A stretch of DNA of 64,000 nucleotides from an uncultured virus (IMG/VR IMGVR_UViG_3300025108_000030) (taxonomy: Duplodnaviria; Heunggongvirae; Uroviricota; Caudoviricetes; Kyanoviridae): the IMG/VR virus record IMGVR_UViG_3300025108_000030; one strand, written 5' to 3'. The position numbers and the translations under genes are program-made. Position 1 is the stretch's first letter. Each line of letters opens with the position of its first letter. This document shows, piece by piece, positions 1 to 7,781 of the stretch. The notes under the pieces are model-generated. The model ran no database searches. It was not told the DNA's origin and was given only the letters and a program-made list of their open reading frames with translations.

Positions 1-22
1 ACCCAATATCGGGTTTCCACGG

Positions 23-50
23 TTGGCAACCCCTCCAGATCTGCTACAAT
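23..50 (+). promoter_or_regulatory. sigma70-like early promoter
   Basis: TTGGCA (23-28), 16-nt spacer, extended -10 TGcTACAAT (42-50) upstream of ORF 98. Confidence 0.6.
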
Positions 51-97
51 ACAGACAAGCGGGAAACCGTTACCGCTAAAACCTTTTCTCTCTCATC

Positions 98-439
98 ATG
101 CGTAAAATCGAAACCCAAATGTGTAACGCCATCCAGGCAAACCAAGATTTCAAATCAGGTAACACTCAAGTCATCACGATTGAAGGCGTTTCTTTCATCT
201 ATCTCCATGGCAATCAGATTGCAACAGTGGACGAAGATAGCATGACAATCTATGATGGAGGTTGGCAGTCTAATACAACTAAATCAAGACTTAATGCCTT
301 ATGTGATTACTTCTGTGTTGCTGGTGAAGGTGTATTCCAAAAGGATTTCGTCTGGTATGTAAGAAAGTTCGTGGGACAGTTTGGTGATCAAAAGTATTTC
401 AAGAACGAAGAATTCTCTAACGGTTACATCTTCGCATGA
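98..439 (+). CDS. hypothetical phage protein (early region)
   Basis: 113-aa ATG ORF just downstream of a sigma70-like promoter; no recognised motif. Confidence 0.8.
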   Translation: MRKIETQMCNAIQANQDFKSGNTQVITIEGVSFIYLHGNQIATVDEDSMTIYDGGWQSNTTKSRLNALCDYFCVAGEGVFQKDFVWYVRKFVGQFGDQKYFKNEEFSNGYIFA

Positions 440-513
440 TTAAATCTAAGAAAGAATGGGCACAAATCTATGCCAAATTCTATTCAATCATCTTCATCCT
501 TATTGTACTATAA
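436..513 (+). CDS. 25-aa putative single-TM peptide (MIKSKKEWAQIYAKFYSIIFILIVL)
   Basis: Read by hand; ATGA overlap with the stop of ORF 98-439; basic N-terminus, hydrophobic C-terminus; below ORF-track cutoff. Confidence 0.45.
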   Translation: MIKSKKEWAQIYAKFYSIIFILIVL

Positions 514-536
514 CTAGTCACTCCCATTCCTATTAG

Positions 537-797
537 TTTTCCACAGATGAAAGACTTCATTCAAGGGCAACAAGTTACTTATCAACACCATACAGGTAAA
601 GTTAACTTTATCGGTGATCACTATGTAACACTAACTATTAGAGAATGGGATAAACTCCCGCAGGAACAAGAAAACGCTAAACGTAACACTAATCAAGTTA
701 ACCTATGTGTATACAGAGAACAATGGAGTAACATTCATTTAGTCCCTACACAGGTTGATAATACTTTTTCCACAGATAATGCGGAAATTGTGGAAAA
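537..797. promoter_or_regulatory. cluster of cyanobacterial-type DnaA boxes (TTTTCCACA)
   Basis: Exact TTTTCCACA at 537-545 and 766-774, and reverse copy TGTGGAAAA at 789-797; degenerate copies at 13-21, 753-761, 780-788 and 1387-1395. Confidence 0.6.
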
Positions 798-804
798 CTA
801 TTAA
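547..804 (+). CDS. hypothetical phage protein
   Basis: 85-aa ATG ORF; its 3' end overlaps the DnaA-box pair. Confidence 0.7.
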   Translation: MKDFIQGQQVTYQHHTGKVNFIGDHYVTLTIREWDKLPQEQENAKRNTNQVNLCVYREQWSNIHLVPTQVDNTFSTDNAEIVENY

Positions 805-956
805 TAAATCTATTTGTGTTACTTATTTGCCTTTAATGTCCTTCAGAGTTGTACTCTTAGCATGTTCTCTAAGAGATGTCAACCCCTCTGAAATACTCGG
901 AGGATACTCTCATCACCATTGCTAATCATTCCCCTCTGAGGGTCATACAGAGGCAC

Positions 957-985
957 TTGACAAACTATCAAATAGATGCTACAAT
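957..985 (+). promoter_or_regulatory. strong sigma70-like early promoter
   Basis: TTGACA (957-962), 17-nt spacer, extended -10 TGcTACAAT (977-985). Confidence 0.8.
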
Positions 986-1030
986 TAACCTTGTAGAGGT
1001 TCAGAAACACTCCTTGTATCTTTGAGACTT

Positions 1031-1237
1031 ATGCAGTACATTATCTACGACAACACAGAGACACTTAGAGCAACCTTCGTAAGTGTCTACGACCTTGAGA
1101 AGTACATCGATGGTGTTAGAAACTCTCGGGGAGATAGTTACCCAAATACTCCGAGAATGTCTACCTTTGATTACATCAAGTCTATCGGATGGTACTGGGA
1201 GGTTATTGACAAAACAGCAGAGGTTAGTGTATACTAG
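1031..1237 (+). CDS. hypothetical phage protein
   Basis: ORF track 1022-1237; ATG at 1031 preferred (MQYIIYDN...); directly downstream of the promoter at 957-985. Confidence 0.7.
   Translation: MQYIIYDNTETLRATFVSVYDLEKYIDGVRNSRGDSYPNTPRMSTFDYIKSIGWYWEVIDKTAEVSVY
1206..1235 (+). promoter_or_regulatory. sigma70-like promoter firing into a non-coding stretch
   Basis: TTGACA (1206-1211), 18-nt spacer, TATACT (1230-1235). Confidence 0.6.
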
Positions 1238-1423
1238 TAGAGGTTATCGGAGGTCCTTTGAGTAACACTTAGCGACAGTTGCTAAATGTCATATAGGCAG
1301 TTTATTGGGCCCCTTAAATATAAAAAAGGGCCATAACCTAACCTACAAAGGTTCCCCAGAGCGAGTTCTATATTATTTCAAAGATTAATTCCACAAGATT
1401 CAAAAAAATTTCTGAGGTAAAAA

Positions 1424-1642
1424 ATGGATGCTAAGACCCGCGTAGAGAGACAAGAGACTCGTGTATGGGCAATTGAGCAATTAATAAGGTTAGAGGCATT
1501 TCTAGACCCTCGGATGTACGAGTGTGCAGACTATTACGCATCATCTTATGCTTCTCAGGTTGTAGAAGATCTATATACACTATGGGTTGAGTGGAAAGAA
1601 GATAATCCCACGAGTAATCCCCAAGTAATAAACCGTATGTAG
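1424..1642 (+). CDS. hypothetical phage protein
   Basis: 72-aa ORF with GAGGT Shine-Dalgarno-like sequence upstream. Confidence 0.75.
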   Translation: MDAKTRVERQETRVWAIEQLIRLEAFLDPRMYECADYYASSYASQVVEDLYTLWVEWKEDNPTSNPQVINRM

Positions 1643-1646
1643 AGTT

Positions 1647-1817
1647 ATGTCCCAGAGATTCACAACAACGTTAGAAGAGGATGATTTAGGAGATTTGATA
1701 TTAACAATACCCTATGAGGTATGTGAGGAGATGGGGTGGGATATTGGTACAGAATTAGAGTATGAACTTGATGAACAATCGTTTATTTTAAAAAGACATG
1801 ACGAGTCCGAAAATTGA
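1647..1817 (+). CDS. 56-aa AbrB/MazE/SpoVT-like small protein
   Basis: Read by hand: MSQRFTTTLEEDDLGDLILTIPYEVCEEMGWDIGTELEYELDEQSFILKRHDESEN; the 'LTIP..V.EEMGW..G.EL' pattern is typical of swapped-hairpin proteins; fills the gap between neighbouring ORFs. Confidence 0.7.
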   Translation: MSQRFTTTLEEDDLGDLILTIPYEVCEEMGWDIGTELEYELDEQSFILKRHDESEN

Positions 1818-2031
1818 TCGCTGGGAAGATAATTCCGAAGCACACAAGATTATTAATGAATGTTTAGTATCATTAGCCGAGAGGTTAAAGAAACTAGAAG
1901 AGTATGTAATAAATATTCCAACGCCAGATAAGATTTTATATAAACCGAGTGGTGAAGAGGAGTATTTAAATTTAAAAGAGAATTATGATTTAATTTACAA
2001 GAGTATAAAGGAATTACAAGATGGGGTGTAA
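1798..2031 (+). CDS. hypothetical phage protein
   Basis: 77-aa ORF overlapping both neighbours in operon-like fashion. Confidence 0.7.
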   Translation: MTSPKIDRWEDNSEAHKIINECLVSLAERLKKLEEYVINIPTPDKILYKPSGEEEYLNLKENYDLIYKSIKELQDGV

Positions 2032-4579
2032 AACTAGTTATTCTTCAGGAGAAGGTAGTCCATGTTTTAGGGACGATCATTGTCAGACGAGTGTACCGTT
2101 ACCAGCAAATCAAGCAACCACTGTAGAATTTCGTGAGTATCCACTTTCAGAGATTCGTGATAGTAATATCAATTATAAGATTGATAGGAGAGATAGTGTT
2201 GCGATTATGCATCCCAGTATTGCGTTACCCGCACAACCGTCGCCGCCTGAAGCAAGTGGTGCAACATGTGGAAAAGTGTTTAGACCAGCTGGATGTGTTG
2301 ATATTAGTCGATGGGTATATGATTATGTACCTAATGAGTTATCGTTTGACTTAGGATTTAGTGATCGATATTTTTCGTATATGTATGACACTGCAGTGAA
2401 TGCTGGTCATGTTGGTATTGCGTGTTATTACTTAGAGGACGAAACCACCACAAATACGTCAGCAAGTACTCCTCCTAGTGGTGGAGCACCAGGTGATCCT
2501 GGTTATAATCCAGGCAGTCCTGGTACATCAACTACAACCAGTGGTACTATTTGTAAACCATGTACAGCGTTTTCGTGTGCTCCAACTAAGACAAACATGA
2601 GTTATTCTGGTGTAGAAGACGAGACGGGTGACCCCGACGCGCCGCACGCCACGTTATTTGCAGTTGGTACTGATACAAATAAAGTTGTAGTATCATATGA
2701 TTCGTTAAGTACTACCATACCAGATGGTGTTACTGATATGGAGTTTTCATATGATGGTGTAACTTATACTGATGTATGGGATCAGACAATACAAGGAGGT
2801 GTTGAGTACGAATCACCACAGAATCCATTTGTAACTGGTCAGAATCAGTTAACCGATTTTGAAGTTTATAATTTAGATGTTGGTCTAGCAACGGGATTAC
2901 GAATCAAAATTAGGATTACATCCATTGCAGATGACACTGTAACGCCTGGACCCACTTACTCTGGTGTCAGATGGCAGATTACAGAACTTATGGACCCTGG
3001 AGCAGGGTATACAGTAGGTACAGTGATTCCTTTGACGTATGATTATACGACTCCAAGTAATACTGTAGTGACTCTGACAATGAATTTAAAGATTACTGGG
3101 GTTGGTCCTACTGTATCAGTAGCATCTCAAGCAGGATTTGAAATCTTAAGAAAGGGTGATACTCTTAATGGTCATGTAGTAACTCGGGCATATCATACTG
3201 ATATTGATAATTTTCCTTATCATGTCATTTATTTGGATGGTAATGGTAATAATTTTGTTAAAGAAACTCAATATACATCCGATAGGAATCATGTAGTTAC
3301 TGCAAAAGCAGGGTTTGGTATTGTAGATAGAGCAATATTAGTAGGCAAGTATGAATTCAACGACAAGTCTATACAATATAACACTGTAGATGTTGATAAG
3401 AATGCACCCGATGTGTTTAATACACTTGTACAACCCGTAGTTGATATCACAGTAAACAATAAAGGGAGGATAACTGGTGCCACAATCGTCTCTGGAGGTT
3501 CTGGATGGAGTGATAATGCTAATCTTGTGGTCAGTTCTCCGCAGGAAAGTACAAAGTTTATCTTAAATGAGGACGGCAATGTCGAAAAAGTGATTTTTAA
3601 AGATCAAAACAGCTCTAAAATCGCGAAATTGAAGGGAACTTTCAGTGGTGGAGTGCTAACTGCGGTAGATATTATCGATAGAGGGAGAGGATACAACGCA
3701 ACGATCACAAATGTTGACGGAGATGGCAACGAATACGTCGAAGATAACCCTCCTATCGTATTTGTAGCGGATATTGTCAATTATAAAACGCAAACTACCC
3801 CAAATGCAGCGTATCGACCCGAAGACGCGGCAGATCACATGGATACTTTGAGTAAATTTCCTCAAGATATCTCTCCAGAACTCACAAATGAGATTTCTAG
3901 CGGATTTGACATGAAAGTTCAGTATGCTGATGACATTCCGAGAGCAAATCTCACTCAAAAACGCGATCCTGAGCGATTAAAGATCGATACACAACCGCAG
4001 AGACTATATTCTAAGGAAGCAGTTGATGAATATAGGGAAACTTATGAGTTAAAAGAGGATTTGACGGAACAAATCCTTGCTGTTGACTTTGATAGTAGTA
4101 TTAAGGATGCTGTTTTGAAAGGTCACTTAGATGAAACCAACGAAAGGATCGCACATTCCGATGCATTGGTGCAAGAACAGATCCCTGATGTTACAATTGG
4201 TCCCGAAGCATTGATTGAAACAGTCCAAGGTACATTTAATGACCTTCCAGTTGCGTCAACCTACACTAAATACTTGATGAAACAATTTCGACCAGACTCA
4301 ACTTCATCTATTATGATTGACGTTACTCTTAGTTGTGAGGTTGCTCAACCAGGTTGCGCTCATGTACCATGCACCCCTGTACCATCTGTAGGAAGCAGTA
4401 CAACCAACGCTGATGGATCTACCACGACAACTACATATGCTGCTCCTGTAGGACCTCTGGGAGGCGGTTGTAGGAACTGGAGTGCAACTGGGGGTTTAGA
4501 TATACTACATGATATGACGGGTTCTGGTAATACTTTTCGTGAAGCATGTGATGCATATGGAAATCCTTACACCACTTAG
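2021..4579 (+). CDS. virion structural protein at the baseplate hub locus (Cys-rich ends, G-x-G-Y repeats)
   Basis: 852 aa; DPGAGY, SGGSGW and DRGRGY repeats like those in gp7/gp8; immediately upstream of the PAAR gene and gp25. Confidence 0.6.
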   Translation: MGCKTSYSSGEGSPCFRDDHCQTSVPLPANQATTVEFREYPLSEIRDSNINYKIDRRDSVAIMHPSIALPAQPSPPEASGATCGKVFRPAGCVDISRWVYDYVPNELSFDLGFSDRYFSYMYDTAVNAGHVGIACYYLEDETTTNTSASTPPSGGAPGDPGYNPGSPGTSTTTSGTICKPCTAFSCAPTKTNMSYSGVEDETGDPDAPHATLFAVGTDTNKVVVSYDSLSTTIPDGVTDMEFSYDGVTYTDVWDQTIQGGVEYESPQNPFVTGQNQLTDFEVYNLDVGLATGLRIKIRITSIADDTVTPGPTYSGVRWQITELMDPGAGYTVGTVIPLTYDYTTPSNTVVTLTMNLKITGVGPTVSVASQAGFEILRKGDTLNGHVVTRAYHTDIDNFPYHVIYLDGNGNNFVKETQYTSDRNHVVTAKAGFGIVDRAILVGKYEFNDKSIQYNTVDVDKNAPDVFNTLVQPVVDITVNNKGRITGATIVSGGSGWSDNANLVVSSPQESTKFILNEDGNVEKVIFKDQNSSKIAKLKGTFSGGVLTAVDIIDRGRGYNATITNVDGDGNEYVEDNPPIVFVADIVNYKTQTTPNAAYRPEDAADHMDTLSKFPQDISPELTNEISSGFDMKVQYADDIPRANLTQKRDPERLKIDTQPQRLYSKEAVDEYRETYELKEDLTEQILAVDFDSSIKDAVLKGHLDETNERIAHSDALVQEQIPDVTIGPEALIETVQGTFNDLPVASTYTKYLMKQFRPDSTSSIMIDVTLSCEVAQPGCAHVPCTPVPSVGSSTTNADGSTTTTTYAAPVGPLGGGCRNWSATGGLDILHDMTGSGNTFREACDAYGNPYTT

Positions 4580-4585
4580 ACTACT

Positions 4586-5140
4586 ATGACAGCATTTGCC
4601 GCAATATACATGGGATCCTGTTCTGGACATGGAGCAGGTGCTGCAGGTTCTTGGCACCCAGGACCTGGAGGAGGACCTGTTACACCTTGTTCTCCTGGTA
4701 ATCTACCTTCGATCACACATTTACCAGGTCCTGTCCATGATGTTATGGGACAATGGTTACCAACGCCACTATTACCATTAACTCCATTGGGAGCAGCCCG
4801 AAATGTCTTTATTAATGGTATAATTCCTATTGTAGACCAAGATCTACTCACACCTCACCCAACACTAACAGTTTATCAAGCAACTAGAACAGTTGGTAAA
4901 TGTACCATTGTGGCACCAACAAATGCCTGGTGGTGTCATACATATACTGGAGTAGGATCAGTAGCTGGTAGAGAGCCACCTACTGGTCATGCTCGTAAAG
5001 CATTAGCAACTACTAAATCTGTCTGGATTAATGGTAGGCGTGCTTGTAAGGTAGGAGATCCTTTAGGGGATGGTACAACTCTATTCCCATGCAGGTCTCT
5101 TATTGGTGGCGGGTCACCCAACGTTATTATCGGAGTTTAA
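4586..5140 (+). CDS. PAAR-like baseplate spike tip protein (T4 gp5.4-like), enlarged
   Basis: NVFINGIIP..., SVWINGRRACKVGD and C..LIGGGSPNVIIG motifs; His/Cys candidate metal ligands; adjacent to gp25. Confidence 0.8.
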   Translation: MTAFAAIYMGSCSGHGAGAAGSWHPGPGGGPVTPCSPGNLPSITHLPGPVHDVMGQWLPTPLLPLTPLGAARNVFINGIIPIVDQDLLTPHPTLTVYQATRTVGKCTIVAPTNAWWCHTYTGVGSVAGREPPTGHARKALATTKSVWINGRRACKVGDPLGDGTTLFPCRSLIGGGSPNVIIGV

Positions 5141-5141
5141 A

Positions 5142-5288
5142 ATGGCAACACGAGCAAAGTCCCCTACTGGGGCAAACATGATTGAAGCAACACCTAAGAA
5201 AAGTAGGCAAGGAAGGGGAAAGCATACAAAATATGCTGCAACCTCAAGGAATAGCGCCAAGAAGCGTTATCGTGGTCAGGGAAGGTGA
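5142..5288 (+). CDS. 48-aa highly basic protein
   Basis: ATG at 5142 after GGAG; MATRAKSPTGANMIEATPKKSRQGRGKHTKYAATSRNSAKKRYRGQGR. Confidence 0.7.
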   Translation: MATRAKSPTGANMIEATPKKSRQGRGKHTKYAATSRNSAKKRYRGQGR

Positions 5289-5295
5289 ATAAATA
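5288..5295 (+). promoter_or_regulatory. T4-type late promoter
   Basis: AATAAATA (T4 consensus TATAAATA) upstream of gp25. Confidence 0.7.
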
Positions 5296-5319
5296 GATAA
5301 GATATATCTCATCGTGTAG

Positions 5320-5739
5320 ATGGCATTAAAGGAACTAGGGGGAAAGGACTTTAAAAAGTCTCGATCTTTCTCCGACATTTTAATTTCAATGCAAAGGAAT
5401 CCTTTTACGGATGATACCTCTGTTATTAAAGATGATAATGCCATCAAACAAGCAGTTAAGAATTTAGTACTTACGCAACCAGGTGAGAAACCTTTTCAAC
5501 CGTTAGTCGGATCTAAAGTTTATAATCTCCTCTTTGAACCTCTAGATGCATTTACAGCAGATAGTATCAAGGATGAGATCATAAATACCATTAATCAGTA
5601 TGAACCTAGGGTAGAACTTACAACTGTAGATGTTACTGCTATTACCGAGAATAACAAATTAAATGTTACTATTGAGTATAGGATTGTAGGGTTACCGATT
5701 GTTGAAACAATTTCATTTGTTTTACAGAGACCTGAATAA
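5320..5739 (+). CDS. gp25: baseplate wedge subunit gp25
   Basis: AIKQAVKNLVLTQPGEKPFQPLVGS...LLFEP...I..YEPRV, the GPW/gp25 signature. Confidence 0.95.
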   Translation: MALKELGGKDFKKSRSFSDILISMQRNPFTDDTSVIKDDNAIKQAVKNLVLTQPGEKPFQPLVGSKVYNLLFEPLDAFTADSIKDEIINTINQYEPRVELTTVDVTAITENNKLNVTIEYRIVGLPIVETISFVLQRPE

Positions 5740-7775
5740 TGCAACCAAATAATTTAACAGCTTTAGATTTTGAGGACATTAAAGCCTCTATCAAGTCATA
5801 CCTAAGAACAAGAACCGAGTTTTCAGATTACGACTTCGATGGTTCTGCCTTGACATATCTTATTGATATGCTGGCGTATAATACTTACTACACCTCATTT
5901 AATGCAAACATGGCATTGAATGAGGCATTTTTGCAGTCGTCTACAGTTAGAGATAATGTTATTAATATCTCTAAACTTTTAAATTATACACCAAGATCAA
6001 TTTCGGCGTCTAAAGCATGTTTGAAATTTAAGGTACAGACCACTCAGGTTAATGGTGTTTATCCTAGTTCTATTACAGTAAAAGCTGGCGCAGTTTGCAC
6101 AGGTGGTAGTTTTATTTGGAATATTCTCAATGATATTACCGTTGCAGTTAATACAACTGATGGTTCTGCAGAATTTGACAATGTTACAGTTTTAGAGGGT
6201 TCTCTCCTCAATTTCACTTATATCGTAAATACGTTTGCTAGACAAGTATATACGATCCCATCTCAAGATGTAGATATCGATACTCTTACTGTTAGAATTA
6301 GATCTAACGAATCATCTACAGCATCAGACATTTATAGTAAAGTTGATATTGTTACTAATTTAACTTCTACTAGCAAATCATATTTCGTATCAGAAGGCGA
6401 AGATATGAGATATGAAGTTAAATTTGGAGATGATAGTGTCGGTAGAGCAGTAAAAGATGGTGAGGTTATTGATCTTCAGTATTTGACTACTGTTGGTTCA
6501 ATTGCAAATGAAGTTGCTAGATTCTCATTCATAGGTAGATTGGTAGATTCCTTTGATACTGCATATTCTGGTTCAGTCGCAACAGTAACAGTCAAGGAGA
6601 GATCGCAGCAAGGGTCTCCAGCAGAGAGTATTGAGTCTATTAAGTACAATGCTCCAAGGTTCTATGCATCGCAGTATAGGGCGGTTACAGCGCAAGATTA
6701 TGCATTGATTGCAAAGAAACTATACACCAATGCTGATAGTGTTGTTGCCTATGGTGGAGATTCTCTAAATCCTCCCGTTTATGGAAAAGTATTCATTACA
6801 GTAAGGACAAAAACAGGTTCTACACTTAATGATATTACTAAAAAGCAACTTTCTGCCGATTTAAGAAAGTATGCAATGGCTGCTATCGATCCAGTTATTA
6901 TTGATCCTGATAATATCTACATTTATAATAAAATCTTTGCACTCTATGATACTGGAAGTGGATCAAATTCATCTGCAATTAAAACCAATATCCAGAATGC
7001 TATAGGTGAGTGGGCTAGTCAAGTTGCTATCAATAACTTTAACTCCACATTTAAGAATCAGGACTTTCAAAGAGCAATTAGTCTTTCAGATTCTGCAATT
7101 AGTGACGTTTCTGTTCAAACAACTCTTTTGAAGTATATTGAACCTACTACAAATCAAACAAACACATATTGCATTTCAACTGGAAACGCTCTTTATAATA
7201 GTGCTCCCAGTCAAGATGGTTCTGATGGTTCTGATGGATGTAAAAAAGAACCTATTCTATCATCGGGAACTTTCAGGACTTTTGATAGACCTGGTGTCGA
7301 TCAACAGTTTGAGGATGATGGATATGGAAATCTTAGAACATATTACAATAGTGGCACTAAAAAGGTCTATACGAGTGATAGTGCAGGAACTGTAAATTAT
7401 GATACTGGTGAAGTTTGTTTCGGTCCTATCAATCTTATCGGTGCAGGAGTAAATACCACTCCATCTACTAATCTCAATCTTTCAGATTCTGTTACTGGAT
7501 CAGGATTGGTTATTGATCTAGATCTACTTCCAACTGGTCTTAAAATCCCAGTACTGCTCATTCCAGCAAACAGTACAACCATTCCTGCATCTACTCCTGG
7601 AACGATTATTAACATCATCAATCCTGAGGTTACAGTTGCCCCAATCGGCACTACTCCCCCTACTACTATACCTCTAAATAGTTTGACGCCAAGTGTATTC
7701 AATGCTATTCCAACTACCATTGAACTTACACCATTAGACAATAGCGGCTCCGTAAACACTTCTAGTTGTTTTTAA
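5739..7775 (+). CDS. gp6: baseplate wedge subunit gp6
   Basis: LDFEDIKASIKSYL...FSDYDFDGS..LIDMLAYNTYY; YEVKFGD; ESIESIKYNAP...QYRAVTAQDY. Confidence 0.95.
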   Translation: MQPNNLTALDFEDIKASIKSYLRTRTEFSDYDFDGSALTYLIDMLAYNTYYTSFNANMALNEAFLQSSTVRDNVINISKLLNYTPRSISASKACLKFKVQTTQVNGVYPSSITVKAGAVCTGGSFIWNILNDITVAVNTTDGSAEFDNVTVLEGSLLNFTYIVNTFARQVYTIPSQDVDIDTLTVRIRSNESSTASDIYSKVDIVTNLTSTSKSYFVSEGEDMRYEVKFGDDSVGRAVKDGEVIDLQYLTTVGSIANEVARFSFIGRLVDSFDTAYSGSVATVTVKERSQQGSPAESIESIKYNAPRFYASQYRAVTAQDYALIAKKLYTNADSVVAYGGDSLNPPVYGKVFITVRTKTGSTLNDITKKQLSADLRKYAMAAIDPVIIDPDNIYIYNKIFALYDTGSGSNSSAIKTNIQNAIGEWASQVAINNFNSTFKNQDFQRAISLSDSAISDVSVQTTLLKYIEPTTNQTNTYCISTGNALYNSAPSQDGSDGSDGCKKEPILSSGTFRTFDRPGVDQQFEDDGYGNLRTYYNSGTKKVYTSDSAGTVNYDTGEVCFGPINLIGAGVNTTPSTNLNLSDSVTGSGLVIDLDLLPTGLKIPVLLIPANSTTIPASTPGTIINIINPEVTVAPIGTTPPTTIPLNSLTPSVFNAIPTTIELTPLDNSGSVNTSSCF

Positions 7776-7781
7776 AAATAG

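Noticed and set aside
2021..4579. Calling the 852-aa ORF gp5 (hub plus lysozyme) from its position
   Set aside because: No OB-fold, lysozyme or beta-helix motifs recognisable; left without a gene symbol
5070..5141. Extended start of the basic ORF
   Set aside because: Overlaps the PAAR gene; an RBS and ATG are present at 5142
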